The notes under the pieces were generated by a model. The model saw only the letters and a program-made list of their open reading frames with translations. It searched no databases and was not told the origin of the DNA. The translations under genes were made by a program, and so were the position numbers. A stretch of DNA of 64,000 nucleotides, from positions 83,700,001-83,764,000 of the forward strand of contig OX597821.1 in NCBI GenBank assembly GCA_951406725.2, written 5' to 3'. Numbering within the stretch: the stretch's first letter is position 1; each line of letters begins with the position of its first letter. Of this stretch, positions 55,363 to 64,000 are shown one piece after another. Origin of the DNA: Octopus vulgaris. Lineage: Eukaryota.

Positions 55363-55669
55363 TTTGTATTCGTATTTTTTTTCATATTTTTGTGTTTATG
55401 TCTATGGATGTGAATGCACACATACACACAAACACACGCGCATACGTGTACACGCTCTCTCTCACACACACACACACACACACAAACACACACCACACAT
55501 ACACACACGTGTGGTTGCATACATGCATACATACACGCAACCATACACTTTTACACACCATACTCATTTAAACATGTATGCATATAAATGAGAATTAGCA
55601 AGCAGATGTATATATGTATTATACACGTGTGTGTGTGTGTGTATACATACGTATATTCGTACACACACA

Positions 55670-55905
55670 CACACACTTGCACGAGCACACACACAACCAT
55701 ACACACACACACACAACCATATACACACAGTCACATTCACATGGTCTTACACACACACACACACTTGCACGAGCACACACACAACCATATACACACACAT
55801 ACATATACACACAGTGACATTCACATGGTCTTACACACACACACACTTGCACGAGCACACACACATACATATACACACAGTCACATTCACATGGTCATAC
55901 ACACA
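55670..55905. repeat. Three ~80-90-bp CA-rich minisatellite units
   Basis: cacttgcacgagcacac..cagt(c/g)acattcacatggtc repeated three times. Confidence 0.8.
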
Positions 55906-56154
55906 CACACTGACATACGCGCACGCGCTCACACATGCATACATACACACGCGCGCGTTGTCACATATACCCACACAACGTGCGCGCGCACGCGTCCACA
56001 TGGTCTTTCGTTATACTTTTGCTATCGTCTGCTTCATCGAATCTCTCCAAAGCTTTATATTTATTGTTGGAGGTGGAGGTGGGGGACAGTCAGAGGTGAA
56101 AGCCAAGAGAAGGTAGGAGGAAGGTACCGCGGTGGGAGATTGATACAAAGGGAT

Positions 56155-57465
56155 AAGTAAAACAAAAGGAAGAGAATAAGTGGAGGGGAGTGGTAGGTTG
56201 AGGCAGGCTGAAGGAGGAAGAGTGAGAGGAAGAAAGAGAGAGAGAGAAGCAGGAAGAGAGAGTAAGAGAGAAGAAAAGAGAGAGTAAGAGAGGAGAAAGA
56301 AAGAGAAAGAGAAAGAAAAAAGGGAGAAAAGAAAGGGAATGAAAAAGAGAGAAAAGAAGAAAGAGAAAGAGAAAGAAAAAGAAAGAGAAAGAAAGAGAAT
56401 GAAAAAGAGAGAAAAGAAAGAAAGAAAGAGAAAGAAAAAGGGAGAAAAGAAAGAGAGAGAAAGAGAATGAAAAAGAGAGAAAAGAAAGAAAGAGAAAGAG
56501 AAAGAAAAAGGGAGAAAAGAAAGAGAGAGAAAGAGAGGGTAGGTGACATATAAGTAGAGGGGTAAATTAGGCAAAAAGGCGGGTGGAGTGTGATAGAGGA
56601 AGTAAGATGGAGGTTGTGGAAACTGAAAGAAAGGCAGAGGGTGGTGAGGGAGAGATGAAAAGAGAGAGTAAGAGAAAAAGAAGGGGAATTAGGTGCAGGA
56701 GTGATAGACTGAAAGAGATCTAGAGAGAGGGAGAGGGAGAAAGCTGTGGAGGATGTAGATATAAAAAGTAGGAGAAAGAGAGAATGTATGACGTAGAGAG
56801 AGAAAGAGAGGAAGAAAGAGGAAAATAGGGAAAAGGGAAGGTGAGAGCTTAACGTGAAAAGTAGATAGAAGTGGGGGGTGAGGGGGGAGTATGGAGTTTA
56901 GGGAGAAGGAAGAGAAAAACAATGGAAAGAGGCAGAGTAATTAGTAGGAAAATGAGAGAGAAAGAGAGGGAGAGTGGCATGGGGGGAGAAAAAGATGGAG
57001 CAGATTGATGAAGGGGGAGATTGCGAGTAAAATACACACGGAAATACGTACGCGCATACGCACAGATAGATAGATAGATAGATAGATAGATAGTGAAAGA
57101 AATACAGATTGATATTTATAACATACATCCACAGAGAGAGAGAGAGGAAGGAGAAAAAGAAGCTGAAAGAGGGTGATCCAAATCAGTTAGAAAGAAAGAG
57201 AGAGCGAGAGAGAAGCAGTGTGAGAGAGAAAGAGAGACAGAGAGTAAGAAAGAGAGAAACAGATAAATGATAGAGAAATAGCGCGCGTGTGTGTGAGTGA
57301 GAGAGAGAGTGTGAGAGAGAAAGAGAGAAAGAAGAGAGAGAGAGAAGAGAGAGAGAGAGAAGAGAGAGACGGAGACTGGCAGACAGAGCAAGAGAGAGAG
57401 AGAGAGAGAAACAAAGAAATAGAGAAAAAGTGTGCGTTCGTGCGCGCGCGTGAGAGAGAGAGTAA
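56155..57465. repeat. Polypurine (GA-rich) tract with internal tandem units
   Basis: Strong purine bias on the plus strand; gaatgaaaaagagagaaaag recurs at ~60-70 bp spacing. Confidence 0.85.
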
Positions 57466-57544
57466 ATTCTGTAAAAATTTGTGTATATATAAAAACATCT
57501 GTTCATATATGAATTTTTCCAACTTAGATTCTATCAGTTTAGAT

Positions 57545-57610
<66 letters not shown>

Positions 57611-57897
57611 TTTGTATGCATTTGTATGCTTTTTTTTTCTCATCTTCCCTTTAGATATAACATTTTGTTTATAAATATGTAATTTGTATCCTTCACCCTC
57701 TCTGCCGAAAAAATGGAAATTCTTGCAAAATCATTAAAAATATAAAGTGCATTTGGTTTTGTTCTTTACATACATATTACATATCTGTGCGTGTTTGTGT
57801 GTGTGTGTATACATACATACATACATACATACATACATACATACATACATGTATATATAAACCATATGATATGTGTGTATGTAAGCATTACATACGA

Positions 57898-57952
<55 letters not shown>

Positions 57953-58707
57953 AGTATATATATATATATTTATATGTACGTATGTATGTATTAGAAAAAT
58001 GCATTGGAAATAGAGTGTATATGTGTATATATACATATATATATATATACATATATACATTTATATGCATACACACACACGCTCACATGTATGTATGTAT
58101 GTATGTATGTATGTATGTATGTATGTATTTCCAATGCATTTTTCTTTCGTAAATGCTCTGATCTTTAAATATTTCCCTCTTTTATTATTCTTATTGCCCC
58201 TTTTATATATTACTGTTATTTTTTTTTCTCCCTCTCTCAGAATGAATATAATAATGTTTGTTGGTTATATATCTAAACGTGGAAAATATGAAAATATTTA
58301 ATGGAAAGTTCAGCGAAAATATTTCATTGAAAAACTGTTCTCGAATCATTTCTCGTTATTTCATTGTAGGTTGAATGCTAAAGATTTTTGTGACTTCTAG
58401 AATACTGGGTACACTTCCATTTTGGGGGTTTGTTCGAGATAATTGGCAATAATTGATATGTTCCATTCCTTAGTAAGGCTTTAAATTAAATTTTACGTGG
58501 CTTAGTTTAGTGAACTGGGGCATCATTGATAACATACTATCTGATGGGAGGTTAGTTATCTGCAATATACACGCAATGTATCTTCGGTATGCAAATTGGG
58601 TGGGTCGTTGGAATGAAATGGTTCACGGTATTTGATCCACTCGAATTCGTCGCGATATGGGTTCAAATCCTGCGAAGTTCAACCTCCTATTTCATTCTTT
58701 CCGTATT

Positions 58708-58761
<54 letters not shown>

Positions 58762-58972
58762 CTCTCTTTTACTTGTTTCAGTCATTTGACTGCGGCCATG
58801 CTGGAGTACCGCCTTTTAGTAGAGCAACTCGACCCCGGGACTTATTCTTTGTAAGCGCAGTACTTATTCTATCGGTCTCTTTTGCCGAACCGTTAAGTGA
58901 CGGGGACGTAAACACACCAGCATCGGTTGTCAAGCAATGCTAGGGAGACAAACACAGACACACAAACACACA

Positions 58973-59056
<84 letters not shown>

Positions 59057-59231
59057 TATATACATATATACGACAGGCTTCTTTCAGTTTCCGTCTACTA
59101 AATCCACTCACAAGGCATTGGTCGGCCCGGGGCTATAGCAGAAGACACTTGCCCAAGATGCCACGCGGTGGGACTGAACCCGGAACCATGTGGTTGGTTA
59201 GCAAGCTACTTACCAGACAGCCACTCCTGCG

Positions 59232-59234
<3 letters not shown>
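58762..59234 (-). mobile_element. SINE family A (young-looking, full length)
   Basis: Complete head and tail, CpGs retained, TA flanks. Confidence 0.9.
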
Positions 59235-59274
<40 letters not shown>

Positions 59275-59277
<3 letters not shown>

Positions 59278-59990
59278 AAATAAACAAGTTAGAGTGTCGA
59301 ATATTACGCTATTTATCTTGAGATGGCTTCTCATATGGATGCATGGTGCATAAAAGCACGCATATTTATATCGTAGGCAGACGAGAATCTTCTGCCACGG
59401 GTGCCGGAACTGGCACATTCCGTTATTTCGACGTGCTCCGTCTCTTCAGTGGAAGACGTCTTGTAGCCACACACCAGCCAAATCTCACTACCAGCGATAT
59501 ATGGAAATTCAGTGTCTTTTAAGGCACTGTTATTGCAAATAGCCAGCAGACTTATTTAAAACAAATCATTAGCGACAGAAGCAGTATTAATAACAAAAAG
59601 AAATCTTTATACTGAACTTAATATTGTATCATTTACTTTGAGAGGACCTCTCATATGGACGCATGGCGCATAAAATCTGAAATTCCATGTATCACTGGCA
59701 TGAAATTTGACTGGTATACAGTTACCGGATCTCTGCTACTGAAGAGAAGACACACGTCGAAATTGCGTGATCTGGCAGTTCCAGTACCCGCAGCAGACGA
59801 TTCTCGTCTTCCAATGTGAAATAAATATGTGTGATTTTATGCTCCATGTATCAAAATGAGAAGTCTTCGCGGGGTAAATAACGCAGAATTCTGTGCTCTA
59901 ACAATGCATCCACGTTACGTTGGATTTAAATATTGTCTTTTAGTATTAATATTGCTTCTACCACTAGTAATTAGTTTTTAAAAATAAACA
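59275..59990. mobile_element. Tandem plus inverted ~320-bp pLTR-like element with two divergent hammerheads
   Basis: Direct repeat 59310 versus 59630; inverted copy 59677-59990; HHR on the minus strand at 59410-59455 and on the plus strand at 59733-59778. Confidence 0.75.
59733..59778 (+). ncRNA. Type I hammerhead ribozyme (canonical core, AUC cleavage triplet)
   Basis: CTGCTA-CTGAAGA-GAAG acaca CGTC-GAA-ATTGCGTGAT-C-TGGCAG; the sister copy has a perfect stem II GACG/CGTC. Confidence 0.8.
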
Positions 59991-60619
59991 AGTACAAAGC
60001 TAGGGCGAAGTGTTAAAGGGCTAGATTAGATACCTTGTGGCATCTGTCTCAGCTCCTGAAAGCAATACCTGTGACGACAGTGACGCCAAGCTGCTTCGGC
60101 CCAAGCCAGCAGCATTTCCTTTGAATAAACAAATAACTTTGGTATAGAGAAAGAAGACAGGTGTGAGATTTTTGGCACAACCATTTTGGTGTCACTGATT
60201 CGACGCTGACTTGTTTGACATCAGACTTCTTTGATGTTTTCTTCTTTCTTCTTCTCGCCACTCTCTCTTTCTGTTTATGTGTACGAGTATCTAAATACGT
60301 CTGTATGTGTATAATATCTCTATCTAGCTCTCCCCCTTCTCTCTTCTCTCTTCCATTCTCCCTATCTGCATGTGTATACTTTTGTGCATGTGCGCATGCG
60401 TATGTCTGTGTGCGTTTGTATGAGTTTTTGTGCTTCATGTGAGTTTTTGTTTTGCGTGCGTGCGCGTATTTGCCTCCAGCGCCAAAATGTATTGTCACCT
60501 GAACAGGTTGAATATCCAGTCAACCGTGCCGAATCGTTTGCACCCAGACAGCCACTAACCGTCGTGTTGTCCTAATAGAAGATGTGCATGCATGGGCACC
60601 TGTCAGTCTTCCTCAAACA

Positions 60620-60764
60620 AGTAGCTTGCTTACGAACCACATGGTTCTGGGTTCAGTCCCACTGCGTGGCACCTTGGGCAAGTGTCTTCTACTATAGCCT
60701 CGGGCTGACCAAAGCCTTGTGAGTGAAAGAAGCCCGTCGTATATATGTATATGTATTTATATGT

Positions 60765-60813
<49 letters not shown>

Positions 60814-61020
60814 TGTGTCTGTGTTTGTCCCTCCCAACATCGCTTGACAACCGATGCTGGTGTGTTTACGTCCCCGTAACTTCGCGGTTCTGCAAAGAGA
60901 CCCATAGAATAAGTACTAGGCTTACAAAGAATAAGTCCTGGGGTCGATTTGCTCGACTAAAGGCGGTGATCCAGCTTGGCCACAGTCAGATGACTGAAAC
61001 AAGTAAAAGAGTAAAAGAGT
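60620..61020 (+). mobile_element. SINE family A (5'-clipped)
   Basis: Homology to the other family A copies. Confidence 0.85.
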
Positions 61021-61080
61021 AAGATCTTGCGCTTATATTAGCAGATGTACAGTCAATATTGTATTAAAAATCGATACCAC

Positions 61081-61329
61081 TTTAGCGTGCGGTCTACCTG
61101 GTCATTTGTACTTTAGCGTACTTTAACCATGATCTAAACTTTAACTCTAAACATAACCTTAACCATAACATTAAGCCATAACCCTAACCCTAATCCAATA
61201 CTTTGACCCTAAACCCTAAGCCTAAGCCTTAACCTTAACCGTAAACCCTAGACCTTAACTCTAATCCTAACCCAAACCAAGTTATTTCACAGCCTTGACT
61301 GTGGATACTGCGGTAGACTACACACTGAA
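61081..61329. mobile_element. Small TIR element enclosing degenerate (TAACCC)n
   Basis: 18-bp imperfect inverted ends TTYAGYGTGYRGTCTACC; telomere-like hexamers at 61130-61280. Confidence 0.6.
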
Positions 61330-61533
61330 GCAGCACAAAGAAATCCATGTTTATTGATCATCATCTATTAATTAAATAAAGTGATTAAAGAGAGCCATCT
61401 GGCAGGCTGGTAGGAACGTTAGCACGCCGGTCGAAATGCTTAGCGGTATTTCGTCTGCCGCTACGTTCTGAGTTCAAATTTCACCGAGGTCGACTTTACC
61501 TTTCATCCTTTCGTGGTCGATTAAATAAGTACA

Positions 61534-61573
<40 letters not shown>

Positions 61574-61690
61574 TCGGGAAAATGAAAAAAAGTATTTTAC
61601 ATTTTAAACCTACGCTCTTCAACAGAAAGGAATAAGAGAAAATAAACAGAGAGAATGAAAAAAAAAAGACTTGTGGATTTCAGCGGTCCA

Positions 61691-61779
<89 letters not shown>

Positions 61780-61811
61780 CACACAAATATATACACACAC
61801 ACACACACATA

Positions 61812-62104
61812 AAGGCACATGGCTCAGTAGTTAGAGCGTCGGACTCAATCCTGATGTAGTGAGTTCGATTCCCACCCGGGGTATGTGTATGTGTTTTTGA
61901 GCAAGACACTTTATTTCACGTTCGTCCAGCTGCAGAAATGAGTTGCGACGCTGTATCGGCCCCTTTGCCTTTCCCTTGGATAACACTGGTGGCGTGGGAA
62001 GCCGGTATGCATGGGCGACTGCTGGTCTTCCACAAACAACCTTGCCCGGACTTGTGCCTCGGAGGGAAACTTTTTAGATGCAATCCCATAATCATTCATG
62101 ACTG

Positions 62105-62105
<1 letters not shown>
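61812..62105 (+). mobile_element. SINE family C
   Basis: tRNA-like A box TGGCTCAGTAG and B box GAGTTCGATTCC. Confidence 0.85.
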
Positions 62106-62147
<42 letters not shown>

Positions 62148-62234
62148 TAATCTTTCAGTTTAGGGTGTTTAAAAGAAAAAATAAAAATGAAGTCTAAATG
62201 ACGGCATCTACACTCACCAAGTGATTGTGCACCA

Positions 62235-62289
<55 letters not shown>

Positions 62290-63150
62290 TGTGTGTCTTG
62301 ACAACTGGTGTTGGTGTGTTTACGTCACCGTAACTTAGCGGTTCGGCGAAAGAGCCCGATAGAATAAGTACTAGGCTTAACAAGAATGTCCTGGAGTCGA
62401 TTTGTTCGATTAAACCCATCTAAGGCAGTGCCCCAGCATGACCGCAGTCAAATGACTGAAGTGAAAAGTGAAAAGAAAAAGGAAAGAAGATGTTACTACA
62501 GTAGTGATGATGATGATGATGAAGATGGTGGTGATGGTGCTGTTGGTGGTGGAGGCGGTGATGGTGGTCGTAGCAGTAGTCATGGTGGTTGTGGATACAG
62601 AGGGAGTAGTTGTGAGATCGTGGTCGTAAGATCGTACTGTTGTGATGTCTATAATTGTGTGACGAGCAGAGACATACAAAGACGGTGGAGTTAACTTCAA
62701 CTCCGCACAAGATGCTGAAAAAATGGAATGTCGGTTGTACTTTGACATTGAAATCTTCTTCCATCAAATTCACTGATCGACTGACTAACTGTAATAGCTA
62801 TCGTTTCTCTAGGGTGTCTTGGCTCAATCCCAACTCTATCTTCAGCGATAGATAGACTATTCTGATCAATATACTTTAAGAACATAGCTTCTTTTAAGGC
62901 ATAAAGTGAAGTATACGATTGATAGTGCGTCTATAGTTCTTTTACTCCTTTACTTATTTCAATCATTGGAATATAGCCAAACTGGGCTACCGCTTTGAAG
63001 GGTTTAACGAAACGAATTGACATCACTACGTCTTCTTTTTTTAAAGTCTGACACTTCTTCAATCGTTTTCTTTTGTTGAACTGCTAAGTTAAGGGAACAT
63101 AAACGAACCAAAACTGACCTTCAAGTGGTGGTTTAGAAACCAAACACACA

Positions 63151-63266
<116 letters not shown>

Positions 63267-63342
63267 TCGCCATGTTGATTCGCTAGCCTCTGCACGCTTT
63301 TTTTTTCTCTCCTTCTTTCTCTCCTTGTTTCCTTTCTGTGTA

Positions 63343-63380
63343 TCTTTCTGTCGAAGAGCGTAGGCTCGAAACGTAAAAGA
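63343..63380 (+). ncRNA. H1 hammerhead motif with U6 core, all stems intact (element 63266-63478)
   Basis: TCTTT-CTGTCGA-A-GAGC gtag GCTC-GAA-ACGT-A-AAAGA. Confidence 0.7.
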
Positions 63381-63745
63381 CTTGTTTTATTTCTATTCCT
63401 GAGCGCCATACTAATACAATTGTTTGTTTGTACTCCACCTGCCTTCGTCTTTTGTTTATTTTCATAAAGCTTTCCGTTATATATATATATATATGTTGTT
63501 CTTTTATTCTTTTACTTGTTTCAGTCATTTTGATTGTGGCCATGCTGGAGCATTGCATTTTTGTCGAAGAAATCGACCTCTGGACTAATCTTTTGTAAAC
63601 CTGGTACTTATTTTATCGGTCCCTTTTGACGAACCGGTGCATTACGGGAACGTAAACACACCAACATCGGATGTGAAGCGATGGTGGAGGAACAAACACA
63701 GATACAAATACACGAATATATATATATATGGAAAAAAAGTCAAGA

Positions 63746-64000
63746 TAGAAAATGCTAAAATAATTTTATAAAAAACATTTCAGTATCGGTTTCAGCCATT
63801 GAGACTTTTTCAACTGTAAGTATGGAAAAAACTAAATTTTGGAAAAATTTTTTAAAAGTTTTTTAAAAGAATATTTGCAAAAAATCTTTTCTTTTAATTT
63901 TTCCAAAGTTTAATTGTTTTCCATACTTACATTTGAAAAAGTATCAATGACTAAAACCGGTACTGAAATGTTTTTTATAAAATTATTTTAGCATTTTCTA
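63746..64000. mobile_element. Foldback element with two divergent U3-A8 hammerheads (runs off the window end)
   Basis: ~105-bp inverted arms; HHR on the minus strand at 63781-63816 and on the plus strand at 63930-63965; arm consensus CAG-TTGAAAA-AGTC tcaat GACT-GAA-ACCGGT-A-CTG. Confidence 0.75.

Noticed and set aside
60499-60571. In-frame TGA as possible selenocysteine in an alternative frame
   Set aside because: Another frame is fully open, there is no redox motif, and no SECIS was seen.
61812-61885. tRNA genes at SINE A/C heads
   Set aside because: A/B boxes are present but each continues into a SINE body; no complete cloverleaf or terminator seen.

Overview
Eukaryotic, AT-rich, extremely repeat-dense intronic or intergenic DNA. 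The microsatellite load ((TA)n, (CA)n, (TATC)n, (TACA)n, (ATT)n, (CAT)n, (CAC)n) and the tRNA-derived SINE families suggest an octopus/cephalopod genome (inference). Almost all track ORFs are microsatellite or SINE artefacts. The real coding remnants are all transposons: a 5'-truncated Neptune-like Penelope element (RT, Cys linker, GIY-YIG; 44.2-48.1 kb), two full-length but disrupted mariners, a deleted mariner, a maT-like fragment, 3' ends of R4/Dong-type (RLE) LINEs in or near (TAA)n, and CR1/L2-like, RTE-like and Tx1-like fragments. There are also hAT and piggyBac MITEs and four SINE families. The main unexplained signal is a population of roughly 15-20 minimal hammerhead-ribozyme motifs from about 8 apparently unrelated short non-coding element families, mostly next to (TA)n arrays. 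They include a compensatory U3-A8 core (at the inferred 3' end of the Penelope element and in a palindromic non-autonomous element), a recurrent non-canonical U6 core, varied palindromic stem-III sequences, and three separate head-to-head foldback dimers. Together these look like a Penelope-mobilised, retrozyme-like system. A weak chain of possible micro-exons lies on the minus strand at 48.6-62.7 kb. All structures were folded by eye; no searches or folding programs were run.
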